A stretch of DNA of 64,000 nt from a virus. The notes beneath the pieces were generated by a model. That model was not told where the DNA came from. It worked only from the letters and a program-made list of their open reading frames with translations, and ran no database searches. The stretch lies in the IMG/VR virus record IMGVR_UViG_3300027759_000051; one strand, 5' to 3'. Made by a program: the position numbers and the translations under genes. Positions 37,703 to 50,309 of the stretch are shown one piece after another. Every line of letters starts with the position of its first letter. The stretch's first letter is position 1.

Positions 37703-39134
37703 GATCTACCTTTGTGTGGCTTGATTGAAACAATTTTGCTTTGAAAACTTCTTGTTTTGTTTCTTCTTTTATGTTGTACATAGAAATCATGCGTTCTGCT
37801 GCGTCTCTAGATAAAAGCTTTTGACCTTGAGCAACATGGTAAAGATGCGGCATTATGAACATTTCGTAGTTATTGGTCTCCACATCGTAATATGAGGGAG
37901 ATCTTTCTTGCCACAAGTCCAACAATTCTTGAAGATAATCTGGCACCTTCATCTCCTTTTGAGCAAGCCACATAGGAGAGTCTGTTCTGTCAGAAATATA
38001 GTGAAGAGATATCATTGCGAGAATATTCTCCATCATTGTGTTCATTTTTTTATTAAAATTCTTTTGAATAGAAACACAGCCTGGTTTATAGCTTTGCAAG
38101 TTTTGCACTAAGCACCTTACTTGCTGAATTGTTCCGCCAATAGATGTTGCCTCAATAGGTTCTACGAACGCAGAAGCCAGACCAATAGCAACGCAGTTTT
38201 TGATCCACATTTCTTTTAAGTGACCTGGATCAAATTTAATTGACTTAGCAGGCTCTACTTGAAAGCCAAGAAGCTTTGAAACCTCGTCAATTGCTTGCGT
38301 CTCAGTGCAGTGGCGAGAAGAGTACACGTAACCGTTTCCACGTCGCTCTTGGGTGGGTATTTCCCAGACCCAACCACTAGACATGGCTCTTGCTCGAGTG
38401 TACGGTCTTATTTCCCCTGATGGATCCGATTCTGTAGGGAAAGCTATTGCTGAATCCATCTGTAGGTACTCAGAAAAACTATTCCATTCCTGATGCTTCA
38501 TTCTAGATATCAGCACTCTCTTCATTCCCGAAGCATCTATCCAAAAATCTGAAGCAATCTTTGTTTTGTCATCTAGGAGTACCGACTCAATGTCACCAGT
38601 TGCGTTGTTGCAAGACACGTCTATTACGTCTTTATCAATAAAAACAACGCCTCTTTCGGCTGCAATACGAGTAAGGTAATTGTTCAACTTAAACGTATCA
38701 AAATGAAATTGATTCACCAATCCATGAGGATTCGCTGAACTCACTTTGTTTTCAATCATTGACCTTGGGCCAATATTTTCTGTAAGAGTTTTCCCTTGGG
38801 CAACAAGACCGTTGTAAAGAGAATACGTTTCAAAATAAGTTAATCTTTCAGCAGAACTTACGCTGTGGAAGTAGTCGGGGGTGTGGTTTGTCCAGTTTTC
38901 AAACCTGATTCCGTTTTTGTGAGTACCAGCCGTTTCGTTTAGAACCTCAACAACAGGAAGTTCACACATCTCCATAAAAGTTCGCCAATGCTCAGTTGAG
39001 CCCTCTCCAACGCCAATAATCCCAATTTTGGAAGAGTAGATGATATTTATCTCAATCAAGGGAAAGGCTTTTTTCAAGATTAAAGAAGCAATGAGTCCAG
39101 CGGTTCCGCTGCCAACAATTGTTATTTTCTTCAT
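37671..39134 (-). CDS. Flavin-dependent tryptophan-halogenase-family protein (PrnA-like)
   Basis: GSGTAG, IGVGEGST, Lys in GTHKNGIRFENW, WIDASG, WVWEIP (WxWxIP), FVEPIEATSI. Confidence 0.92.
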   Translation of the reverse strand: MKKITIVGSGTAGLIASLILKKAFPLIEINIIYSSKIGIIGVGEGSTEHWRTFMEMCELPVVEVLNETAGTHKNGIRFENWTNHTPDYFHSVSSAERLTYFETYSLYNGLVAQGKTLTENIGPRSMIENKVSSANPHGLVNQFHFDTFKLNNYLTRIAAERGVVFIDKDVIDVSCNNATGDIESVLLDDKTKIASDFWIDASGMKRVLISRMKHQEWNSFSEYLQMDSAIAFPTESDPSGEIRPYTRARAMSSGWVWEIPTQERRGNGYVYSSRHCTETQAIDEVSKLLGFQVEPAKSIKFDPGHLKEMWIKNCVAIGLASAFVEPIEATSIGGTIQQVRCLVQNLQSYKPGCVSIQKNFNKKMNTMMENILAMISLHYISDRTDSPMWLAQKEMKVPDYLQELLDLWQERSPSYYDVETNNYEMFIMPHLYHVAQGQKLLSRDAAERMISMYNIKEETKQEVFKAKLFQSSHTKVDHAEALRQIQI

Positions 39135-40234
39135 TCTGTGCAGAATTTCTTTCTTATGGTGTTTACGATGCTCACGTTACCAAAGTTCACCATCGCGGGT
39201 GAGTCCATTCCAACATTTTTTCCTGAGATAGCTTCTTCAAAAGCTTCTGTTCCTAAAACCAAAGATGCTTGGTACATTTCTTCATCAATAGTTTTCAGCT
39301 CTTCTTCTAGGATGGAACTGTTTATTGTGAATTTAGTAGGGCTATGCAGCAATAGTGAATTAAGAGTTCTGTACCTAAGCCTGCTTTTGATCCACTTTTT
39401 TACCTTTTCTGGAAGAACAACATTTTCTCTATTGTAAATTCTGCAATCTTCTGGGTTGGTGAGATAGCTGTACACCGACATGTTGATCTGATTGTTCCTG
39501 ATTTCATCAAGAACATCCTCTGTCATACCTGTCTTTTCAATGAAGATATTTGCCTTAACTGCCTGCGGTTCTGTGTTCAAGAATGGTTCCTTTGAAACAC
39601 CGCTCCACTCCTCGATCATCTTGAGGCATCCGAATAAAGAACTTGACCATGAAGTAACCACTGGGTAGTCACCAAAACCTAAACCATTCTTGCTCGTGAC
39701 CACGACTAAATGGCAATCACCAAGCACAGAAAGGATTGTGGTAAAACTTGTAACATTTCTGTCATTGACTTTCTCTTTATCAAAAGCATAAGAATGAACG
39801 CCATCTGCTGAGTTTACAAAACCTCTTGGACCGGTGGCATCTTTGTCGCAGCGCCTTTTCATGTCCATTCCTATTTTATTTTTATCTGACACCTCTAGGC
39901 TAGGGAAGTGGACTGAGTTGAAGAAAGCGATAGTTCCGTTGTGGACGTAGTCAGTCGCCTCTATATACTCGTAGATGTTCTCATAGCATTGGTAGTCAAT
40001 CAATTCTTCTTTTGTTTCATTCTTTGCAATGTAGTTAAAATCTGTCCCTACTTCATTCATGCTTTTGAACGCAACAAGGATGCCAGAATCTGTAGTGTAT
40101 TTATCGTAATCAAGATACTCAATTAGGCCACCACTTGTGTACTGGTAGAGTTTGAAATCTTCAACAAATGTTGTCAAATAAAAAGATTTATAGTTAGACG
40201 GATCTATGTTATTGATATCTATCATGAGTACCAC
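39131..40234 (-). CDS. Hypothetical protein
   Basis: 367-aa ORF overlapping both neighbours; no family recognised. Confidence 0.7.
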   Translation of the reverse strand: MVLMIDINNIDPSNYKSFYLTTFVEDFKLYQYTSGGLIEYLDYDKYTTDSGILVAFKSMNEVGTDFNYIAKNETKEELIDYQCYENIYEYIEATDYVHNGTIAFFNSVHFPSLEVSDKNKIGMDMKRRCDKDATGPRGFVNSADGVHSYAFDKEKVNDRNVTSFTTILSVLGDCHLVVVTSKNGLGFGDYPVVTSWSSSLFGCLKMIEEWSGVSKEPFLNTEPQAVKANIFIEKTGMTEDVLDEIRNNQINMSVYSYLTNPEDCRIYNRENVVLPEKVKKWIKSRLRYRTLNSLLLHSPTKFTINSSILEEELKTIDEEMYQASLVLGTEAFEEAISGKNVGMDSPAMVNFGNVSIVNTIRKKFCTE

Positions 40235-40824
40235 GTAACTAAACTGTATTTAGTCCCATTCACTACTGGGTGAGCGATATGCGAGTAAGGGAAATTTGAT
40301 GGAAATAAGACAACAGAGTTTTTTTCTAGTTTAATGGTTGTATTGAAATAAGGGAACTCAAGTTCTCCACCTGAAAACCCGTCAGACAGGCTGGCAACCA
40401 TACTTAGGACTCTTTGATTCTCTGGAGCGTGGTCGTGGTGCATGTGATACTCCGCACCGTCTTCATATTTCAACAAAGAGTAGCCAGAGTCAGAATTGAG
40501 AACAAGACTCCATGAATTACGATAGTCCCAAATGCATTCATCAATTGGCTTTATAATGTCATTCACGAGTTTCTCATGCAGGTTTTTTATGTCTACGTTT
40601 TCTGTTTCTGCCAGAAAAATGTTCACGTCTAGCCCCAAAGAACTTCTGTACTCGTTTCCGTACTCACTTCCCTCGGTTGTTGATGGCTGCCACTCTACGT
40701 AAGGCCATTCTTTTTTTGTTTCATCCTCAATCAGACCAATAACGTCGCCTACATCAATTGCGTCTTTGTATATCCAAAGGCATGGAACTTTTTCATTTTT
40801 TTCAATAAGCATAAAAATCTCCAA
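40222..40824 (-). CDS. 2OG-Fe(II) oxygenase (prolyl-4-hydroxylase-like)
   Basis: LLKY....Y..HHD, GGELEF, VLFPSNFPYSH..HPV..GTKYSLVTW. Confidence 0.9.
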   Translation of the reverse strand: MEIFMLIEKNEKVPCLWIYKDAIDVGDVIGLIEDETKKEWPYVEWQPSTTEGSEYGNEYRSSLGLDVNIFLAETENVDIKNLHEKLVNDIIKPIDECIWDYRNSWSLVLNSDSGYSLLKYEDGAEYHMHHDHAPENQRVLSMVASLSDGFSGGELEFPYFNTTIKLEKNSVVLFPSNFPYSHIAHPVVNGTKYSLVTWYS

Positions 40825-41215
40825 TCTGCTCTACGCACTCATTAACACGAATTTCAAAAATATTTTTCCCAATTTTATACTCATTGAATGAAAATCTAAT
40901 TTTATGGTTTTCTTCGTAAATGCTTTTTATTAGAATGCCATTTACGAAAAGTTTTGTATTGTTTTTTAGGATAAAAAATTCATTTTCGTAGACCATTCCC
41001 TGATGAGCTCCAAAAACAATCCTCTCATGCAATATGGAAAAATGAATAACTCTTGGAATGTTCAGTAGCTGAACCTTACTCCTATTGAATTCTAATTTTT
41101 CTGTATTAGAATTGTCACCTATAAGAATATTTCTCTTATATTTAACAGACAATTCTTTAGCTTCTTGAATCATTGAATCATTTGGGCAATAGATAATTCT
41201 ATCCAAACTAGCCAA
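40802..41215 (-). CDS. Hypothetical protein
   Basis: 137-aa ORF overlapping neighbours. Confidence 0.6.
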   Translation of the reverse strand: MASLDRIIYCPNDSMIQEAKELSVKYKRNILIGDNSNTEKLEFNRSKVQLLNIPRVIHFSILHERIVFGAHQGMVYENEFFILKNNTKLFVNGILIKSIYEENHKIRFSFNEYKIGKNIFEIRVNECVEQIGDFYAY

Positions 41216-41441
41216 GGCTCTCTATTTTTGTATTTATGAAGTTAATTTTATTAACGAGATTGGTTACACTTCTGTAGTTAGCCTGAAGAGAAGCGTCTTC
41301 TGGCTCCTCATATGTGTCAAGAGAAAAAGTTTCGGGGTCAATACCCAGGTAAGACAACATGGCGTACAGCTCCGACAAGAATCCAGTCAGTGTTTGATTA
41401 CAAATCTCTTTTTTTCTTTCATTGGTTATTTGAAATTCCAT
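41208..41441 (-). CDS. Small hypothetical protein
   Basis: 77 aa, SD AGGAG, directly after the His-rich fibre gene. Confidence 0.7.
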   Translation of the reverse strand: MEFQITNERKKEICNQTLTGFLSELYAMLSYLGIDPETFSLDTYEEPEDASLQANYRSVTNLVNKINFINTKIESLG

Positions 41442-41448
41442 AATTCTC

Positions 41449-42993
41449 CTATTGATTTAAGACTAAAGCCAACAACCCAGATGAGGCACTCGTTCCGCCT
41501 GTTACGCTTGTTGTTGGCAAACCAGTGCTTGTTTCCGTTACGATTACTATACCGCCTCCGCCGCCTGACTTCCCAGCAGTTCCAGCAGTTGTTGATCCCG
41601 CAGCACCTGCAGTTCCTGCAGCACCTCCAATACCTCCAGCGCCCGCAGTTCCTCCAGCACCCCCAGGGTACGAAGCATGACCAACGTGACTTACCGTTCC
41701 AGCAGGTCTAACCCAGTATTGCTGATGGTCGTTGTCGTGGTGAGTTCTTGTATAATAGTCGTGAACTGTACCTTTTGAGTAGTGGGAATAGTGGGGGTAA
41801 TGTAGCACGGTATTGTAATTTCCTCCGTGGTGACTTCCTGTATGTGCTTGAGCAGTGCCACTATGATTGCGATGATTTGGCGATGTGTGAGGTATTGAGT
41901 TTTGGAGACTATAACTAGCAGTAGGTTCAGCATTATGATGGTCGCCATAGTGGTGGGGATAGTGGCCAGCAGCGTGAGACGGGTGGGCAGTATTCCCGTG
42001 AGTGGCGGTAGCACTATTATGCACGTGCCTGTACGTATGGCCGTGCAGGGGATGATACGCGTATGGAGTATGACTACCATGCGGTAAGTTCGGTGATGCT
42101 ACTGATCTATGATGCCCTGTGCCGTCGTAATGAGCGGCGCCATCGGCGTAATGAGCAAGCGATGCTGTTCCGCCAGAAGTTCCAGCAGATCCGTTTGCTC
42201 CAGGGGTTCCAGCAGAACCAGCAGAACCAGCGGATCCAGTTGCTGACGCACCACCCGCTGTGCCTGTTTCTCCATTTGCAACAATGCTTCCTGTTCCTGT
42301 TATCGCTCTGGCCACAACAACAACAACTCCGCCTCCCCTACCACCAACACCTGCAGCAGCAGCGGGGGGAGTTGTTCCAGGGGTTCCAGGAGTTCCGCTT
42401 GTTCCAGAAGATCCATCGGTTCCAGCGGTTCCTGGTGCTCCACTAGTTCCTGGTGTTTTAACCAAGTGACCAGCACCTCCAGCACCTCCAAGGGTTCTAG
42501 GAGTTGCTGCTCCGCCTGCTCCGCCAGATGTTGCGGGAGTGACTGTTCCCGCAGCGCCAGAAACACCTCCTGCTCCACCAGTAAGTGGTCGCACCGCTCC
42601 AGCATTAGAAACATCTGCAGCCCTGATTACGCTTTCTATGCTATTTAAGATATAGCTGTTTGCAAGAGTAAGGCTTGATGAGTTTTGAGCATTTCCGCCT
42701 ATTGAGAAAGTTGGAACTACTCCTACGCCAGAAGTACCGGGTACCGTTCCTGGAGACACTGTTACACCGGAACCAATACCTAGTGTTCCATTAACGGTCA
42801 ATGTGCCTTTTACAAAAACTCTAAACCCATTAGGATTCAAGGTTATTCCCGAGTCAATGGTTAAGTTGTTGTAGTACATATCTTCTGACAAAGATGTGTT
42901 CACAGATATGATGATGTTGCCGTCTAGTCCTGATCCATAGACTGCGTCATTACCAAGACTTGAGACACTTTGTTCGTATCTAGATATAGCCAT
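41449..42993 (-). CDS. Gly-rich virion/fibre protein with His/Tyr-rich insert
   Basis: N-domain paralogous to 42996..43787; GxxG repeats flank a ~165-aa segment with ~34 His. Confidence 0.85.
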   Translation of the reverse strand: MAISRYEQSVSSLGNDAVYGSGLDGNIIISVNTSLSEDMYYNNLTIDSGITLNPNGFRVFVKGTLTVNGTLGIGSGVTVSPGTVPGTSGVGVVPTFSIGGNAQNSSSLTLANSYILNSIESVIRAADVSNAGAVRPLTGGAGGVSGAAGTVTPATSGGAGGAATPRTLGGAGGAGHLVKTPGTSGAPGTAGTDGSSGTSGTPGTPGTTPPAAAAGVGGRGGGVVVVVARAITGTGSIVANGETGTAGGASATGSAGSAGSAGTPGANGSAGTSGGTASLAHYADGAAHYDGTGHHRSVASPNLPHGSHTPYAYHPLHGHTYRHVHNSATATHGNTAHPSHAAGHYPHHYGDHHNAEPTASYSLQNSIPHTSPNHRNHSGTAQAHTGSHHGGNYNTVLHYPHYSHYSKGTVHDYYTRTHHDNDHQQYWVRPAGTVSHVGHASYPGGAGGTAGAGGIGGAAGTAGAAGSTTAGTAGKSGGGGGIVIVTETSTGLPTTSVTGGTSASSGLLALVLNQ

Positions 42994-42995
42994 TT

Positions 42996-43787
42996 TTACA
43001 CCTGTTGAATATAAATTGAGGTTCCTGCGTTTGCGCCTGTTACATCAGTAGAGATGGATGCAGGAAGTGCAGAAGCAGACGATACAACGATAATGACACC
43101 GCCTCCACCGGGGGATGTTGCAGGGGCTTTGATATAACCAGTTCCAGAAGATGGTCCAGAAATGTAACGAGCAGCAAGGATTACTACTCCTCCACCAGCC
43201 TGAGTAGTTCCTCCAGCGCCTCCACGCAGGAATGTGGGACCACCAGAAGCAGTAACTGAGTAACCAGTAACTGCTTGCTGTGCAACTCTAAAGTACTTGG
43301 TTCCGCCCTGAGCGGCGGTTGGGGCTGTTGCCGTGTATGTGGCTGCTGCGTTTCCACCAAGACTGCATGTAACAGATGTTCCTACGCTTCCCGTAGTAGA
43401 ACCGCCTTGGGCAATAGACCCAGCAGTAGAAAATCCAGCAGTGTACCCAATAACTGAGTTGTTGTTTAACTTTAAAATACCTTTTACAAAAACACGGTAA
43501 CCATTAGGTTCTAAGCGCACGCCTGCGTTAATGGTTAGATCATTAAAGTAAACATCTTGTGTTAGGGAGTAAACGCTTGATGAGGGAACAATAGTTGTGG
43601 AGTCACCCAATGTAAGAGTGGTGGTTCCATCTAATGTCTTATCACCGTCGTAACCGTTTCCGTAAACAATGTCTGGGCTTTCGTTGTAGTAGGAAACCCA
43701 GTATGAGCCGTCCCATTGCCAACTTTTAGAGCCAACAGTATAAACCTGATATTGATAAGGAGAAGCAGGAAAAGTAATTGCTGGCAT
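42996..43787 (-). CDS. Gly-rich virion/fibre protein
   Basis: AITFPASP...WQWDGSYW N-module; VYGNGYDG...NDLTINAGVRLEPNGYRVFVKG; GGGVVIL. Confidence 0.8.
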   Translation of the reverse strand: MPAITFPASPYQYQVYTVGSKSWQWDGSYWVSYYNESPDIVYGNGYDGDKTLDGTTTLTLGDSTTIVPSSSVYSLTQDVYFNDLTINAGVRLEPNGYRVFVKGILKLNNNSVIGYTAGFSTAGSIAQGGSTTGSVGTSVTCSLGGNAAATYTATAPTAAQGGTKYFRVAQQAVTGYSVTASGGPTFLRGGAGGTTQAGGGVVILAARYISGPSSGTGYIKAPATSPGGGGVIIVVSSASALPASISTDVTGANAGTSIYIQQV

Positions 43788-43789
43788 GA

Positions 43790-46321
<2,532 letters not shown>

Positions 46322-46334
46322 TCAGGGCTAATTG

Positions 46335-48233
46335 TTAGCCGGTTACTACGATTGCGTATTCACCTGCGGTAATTGTACCAAGAAGTGTAACCGTTACGGT
46401 GTCGGCGTTCGTACGAACAACATCACCAACTACTGTAGCTCCACTTGATACCTCATAAATCTGAACAATGACGTCAGACGAGTTGAATAAGTGAGTGACC
46501 GTAGTTGTGGAAGTGCTACCAATGCTTGCAGCACAAGTCTGTTTTGCAATACGAGCAAGGGTTGAGGCAGTTGTAGTTGCCGTTCCAACTGAGGTTTTGA
46601 TACCAAGGTTCGTGCGAGCACTTGCTGCAGTTGTAGCACCAGTACCACCATTTGCGACGGCAATGCTTGTAGCGTTCCAAGTACCACTGGTAAGCGTTCC
46701 AACCGATGTAAGGCTTGAGGTGGTTACTCCTGAGCCAAGAACAGAGGCGCTGAGAACATCAGTTCCACCAATCTTGAAAGTCTTGCCATTGGCAATATCA
46801 AAATTTTCTGATGCAGTCCAAGAGTCTGTTGCATCAACCCAGTTGAGCGTTTTGTCCGTAGCGCCCTTAAGCGTAATACCGCCGCCATCTGCACCTGCAT
46901 CTGTTGGACTTGTAACTGCACCAAGAACAAGGTTTTTGTCGTCAATCGTTATTTCTGTTGAGTTAATTGTGGTTGTTGTACCATTAACCGTCAGGTCGCC
47001 CGAGAGCACAAGGGATGTACCCGTAGCAGCACCAATGTTTGGCGTTACGAGTGTTGGGGTATTGGCAAATACGAGTGCACCAGTACCGGTTTCGTCTGAA
47101 ATTACTCCAGCAAGTTCCGATGAAGAGGTTGCTGCAAAAGCTGAAAGCTTATTATTGGTAAGCGCTACAGTACCAGTTGCGTCCGGAAGAGTGACTGTAC
47201 GGTCAGCAGTTGGGTCGGTGACTGCAAGGGTTGTCTCAAAAGAGTCAGCGGTTGCGCCTTCAAAAATTACTCCAGAACCATCAACTATGGGAGAAGTAAG
47301 CGTCTTGTTTATGAGAGTCTGAGTGTTTGTAGTTCCAACTACCGCGCCCGTTGCACCGTGAGCTTCCGTTGCACCCGTGTGAGTTGTAAGGTTTCCTGCA
47401 ACAACAGATGCTGAACCGTAGGCATCAAAAGTGTTTGCCGTTACTGAGATTGCGCCAGTTCCGTCGTTATATGTAAGACCTGTTCCAACTGCATTTCCAA
47501 CAGCATCCTGCGCTGCTTCATTAAAGTCTGTGACCGCACTCGCTGTGATAGCAATTGTTGCATTACTCGCTGCGGTTAAACGACCTTGAGCATCAACCGT
47601 AAATGTTCCAGCTACTGAAGCAGAGCCATACGAACCCGCTGTAACTGCGGTATTGTCAAGGTTGATTGTGAGAGTATCTGTTGCACTAGCAACAGACGAG
47701 AGACCTGTTCCACCAGAAATCGTAAGCGTATCGTTTAAGCTAACTGTCTGGCTTGACCCACTATCTCCAGCAACAGTTATTGAACCCGATACTGCGCTGA
47801 CTGCGCCGTCAACATAGGATTTAGTTGCGGCATGAGCATTTTCGGTCGGAGTGGCTACCTTGATATTGCCTGCGCCGTCTCTAATTACGAGCTTACTAGC
47901 TGTAGCCTCTGAAGTGGCATCATCAAGTTTCGTCTTGTCCGTAGAGGACATAACACCGTCTGCGCTCGTAGTGGCGCGGTTTGGCGTTACTGTTACCTGT
48001 CCGTCAGACTCACTTATTGAGAGTGCTACGGATGAAGAACCACCAGTTGCGACGCCATTTAAGAATGTTTTCCAGGCTCCACCATTGTATACCCGCAATG
48101 TATGGGTTGTTGTATTGTAGTATACCCAACCCTCAAATAAACCAGTAGAAGGGTCTGCTGACAACTTCTCAAAAGTAGATTTAATTAACTGATTTTGGTT
48201 TAAATCAATGTTTGTTAGAAATTTTTGCGCCAT
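46335..48233 (-). CDS. Tail fibre/virion structural protein
   Basis: Thr/Ala/Ser/Gly-rich; DGVMSSTDKTKLD, AATKSYVD, GDLTVNGTTTTINS, NGGTGATTAASARTNLG fibre motifs. Confidence 0.82.
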   Translation of the reverse strand: MAQKFLTNIDLNQNQLIKSTFEKLSADPSTGLFEGWVYYNTTTHTLRVYNGGAWKTFLNGVATGGSSSVALSISESDGQVTVTPNRATTSADGVMSSTDKTKLDDATSEATASKLVIRDGAGNIKVATPTENAHAATKSYVDGAVSAVSGSITVAGDSGSSQTVSLNDTLTISGGTGLSSVASATDTLTINLDNTAVTAGSYGSASVAGTFTVDAQGRLTAASNATIAITASAVTDFNEAAQDAVGNAVGTGLTYNDGTGAISVTANTFDAYGSASVVAGNLTTHTGATEAHGATGAVVGTTNTQTLINKTLTSPIVDGSGVIFEGATADSFETTLAVTDPTADRTVTLPDATGTVALTNNKLSAFAATSSSELAGVISDETGTGALVFANTPTLVTPNIGAATGTSLVLSGDLTVNGTTTTINSTEITIDDKNLVLGAVTSPTDAGADGGGITLKGATDKTLNWVDATDSWTASENFDIANGKTFKIGGTDVLSASVLGSGVTTSSLTSVGTLTSGTWNATSIAVANGGTGATTAASARTNLGIKTSVGTATTTASTLARIAKQTCAASIGSTSTTTVTHLFNSSDVIVQIYEVSSGATVVGDVVRTNADTVTVTLLGTITAGEYAIVVTG

Positions 48234-48245
48234 TGGCCCTCGTCC

Positions 48246-48554
48246 TTACGTGAGATATGCGTACCCTGAAAACGCCGAAGTAAAAAAAACTCTTATCTGC
48301 GTGTTGCTATCATATTTTACCTCACCGATTACGACCGTATCTGCACTATCCACAACAACTATGGATGGTTTCCCCCCCAACGAGTGGGTTATTGTCCAAG
48401 TCGCCGAGGCGGCCCCCTGCGAATGAACGTGCCTTCTGGTATTTCCAGCTGACCCCCCAAGCCTTACTACAACCTGATTTGCTGCATCTTGGTTAATTAT
48501 TATCGTGTTTGGGGTATCTTCGTTTACTACTACGTTGTTAGGGACATTGCTCAT
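48246..48554 (-). CDS. Small virion structural protein
   Basis: HSQGAASATWTITHSLG..PSIVVVDS...FSGYAYL. Confidence 0.7.
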   Translation of the reverse strand: MSNVPNNVVVNEDTPNTIIINQDAANQVVVRLGGSAGNTRRHVHSQGAASATWTITHSLGGKPSIVVVDSADTVVIGEVKYDSNTQIRVFFTSAFSGYAYLT

Positions 48555-48922
48555 CTTGTCACCTGACGCGAAAGTGTCACGGTGCCCTTGAGTATCCTAG
48601 AAATTACCCCAGAATTATCTTCTATTTCAATGTCGTAGACGCCATCTGTCTCGACGGTGGCAGTATCTGCTGGCAGAAGATTAAGCCTAATCGCATTTGA
48701 TACTGATGCTGATTGAATTTCTATCCTGCCATTTGATGTAGTAAGCGTAATCTGGGGGGTTGCGGAGTCAATTGTCCTTCTTATCTGCATACTCGCACTG
48801 TACCCAGTTAAGTCAAAAGGCAGGAAAACCGTCAAATCATCTGGGTCGGGATACTCAATCTCAATTAGCCTACTGAAAGTTGCACCCTGTTCTAGTGTAA
48901 AGTTGTAAACTCCAGCAATCAT
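48551..48922 (-). CDS. Virion structural protein (Ig/BppU-like)
   Basis: YNFTLEQGATF...DLTGYSASMQIR...GVYDIEI...RILKGTVTLS..VTR. Confidence 0.7.
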   Translation of the reverse strand: MIAGVYNFTLEQGATFSRLIEIEYPDPDDLTVFLPFDLTGYSASMQIRRTIDSATPQITLTTSNGRIEIQSASVSNAIRLNLLPADTATVETDGVYDIEIEDNSGVISRILKGTVTLSRQVTR

Positions 48923-49102
48923 TTAGGTAATCTCCCAACGCATATTAACCGATTTTAGATGATACAAGACAAATAAATTGACAGTTTTAAAAATTGCCAA
49001 CATTAAAATCCAAGTATTCAAAAAGTGTCAGCATAGAATGCTTTGTTTATGTAGAATAACACAGTGCCACTACGTTTCTTTAAACTACGAGTATAAAAAT
49101 TT

Positions 49103-50260
49103 ATGCATAAAATTGAAACCATAAAAAATGGTTACACCCCAAAAAAATCAGACCTTCCCACTATTGGGTATCTAACTACAGACTGGGCGTGGGGAACCGA
49201 CCCGCTGCAGCCAAATGGATGTGCTTGGTATAGATGCGTACTTCCGGGGATGGAACTAGAAAAAAGGGGATGGAGAGCTGGTGTCGGCGTTCCTGGTTTT
49301 AGTGAAAAAGATGGATTCGGGATGGTTGCCGAAGCGGGCAAGGCAATACATGGCTGGGACATAATTGTTTTTAAATTGATAATGCAAAAAGACGCACTTA
49401 ACGGACTGACGAGGGCGCAGGATCTAGGGCAAAAGATAGTTGTGGATGTTGACGACTTCTTTGATGGTTTATCACCATCAAACAGGGCATACGAAGCTAC
49501 TGACCCTGAAAAAAATTTAGAAAACAATAGAGAAATATACGCAGAAATAATAAGAAGATCATTTGCTGTAATATGTTCAACTCAATTCCTTTTTGATTAC
49601 TACTCAAAGATACATAAAAATGTGTTCCTAGTAAGAAACGGAATAGATTTACACAGATATAAGTCTCTCCATTACCTGAATAAGAAAAGGCAGACGGCAA
49701 GGCCGAATAGAGCAACCATAGGATGGGTTGGGGCAACTCCATGGAGGTCTGGAGACCTTGAGTTACTTTCTGGATTCATGGGTAACTATATATTGGCTAA
49801 TAATAAAAATGTTAGATTTCACCATTCTGGACACTTGCCTAATTCACCTTCCGCTGCTGATCAACTGGGAATAGATCAAAAATTTGTAACGACAAGTTAC
49901 CTTGTTCCCATTGGCGAGTACCCTAATTTATTTAATGGTATTGACATAGGAATAGTTCCATTGACCGACATACCATTCAATGATGCTAAGTCGTTCATAA
50001 AAGGACTTGAATATGCTGCGTCCGGGATACCTTTCATTTCTTCTCCGTCTGCAGAATACAAGTTTCTGTATGACGCAGGGGTGGGAAGAATTGCATCAAC
50101 CCAAGAAGAGTGGATTTACCATTTTAACGAACTTAGGGATTTGGCGATTCGCAAAGATGAAGCACAAATAAATATTGAGAAACTAGAAGATTTTTCAATT
50201 CAAAAACGCGGTGACGACTGGGATGCAACAATGCGTTTTATACTTGAGCAAAGCATGTAG
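49103..50260 (+). CDS. GT-B fold glycosyltransferase
   Basis: GCAWYRC..P, VVDVDD, IGWVG, DIGIVPL...FNDAKSFIKGLEYAASGIP. Confidence 0.88.
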   Translation: MHKIETIKNGYTPKKSDLPTIGYLTTDWAWGTDPLQPNGCAWYRCVLPGMELEKRGWRAGVGVPGFSEKDGFGMVAEAGKAIHGWDIIVFKLIMQKDALNGLTRAQDLGQKIVVDVDDFFDGLSPSNRAYEATDPEKNLENNREIYAEIIRRSFAVICSTQFLFDYYSKIHKNVFLVRNGIDLHRYKSLHYLNKKRQTARPNRATIGWVGATPWRSGDLELLSGFMGNYILANNKNVRFHHSGHLPNSPSAADQLGIDQKFVTTSYLVPIGEYPNLFNGIDIGIVPLTDIPFNDAKSFIKGLEYAASGIPFISSPSAEYKFLYDAGVGRIASTQEEWIYHFNELRDLAIRKDEAQINIEKLEDFSIQKRGDDWDATMRFILEQSM

Positions 50261-50309
50261 CAGAGTCTGTGGATAAGGATATAACCACTTATTTTATGAA
50301 AGAAAAAAT

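Noticed and set aside
37671-39134. Pyrrolnitrin-type antibiotic biosynthesis
   Set aside because: Only a PrnA-like gene is present; there are no prnB/C/D or other secondary-metabolite core genes.
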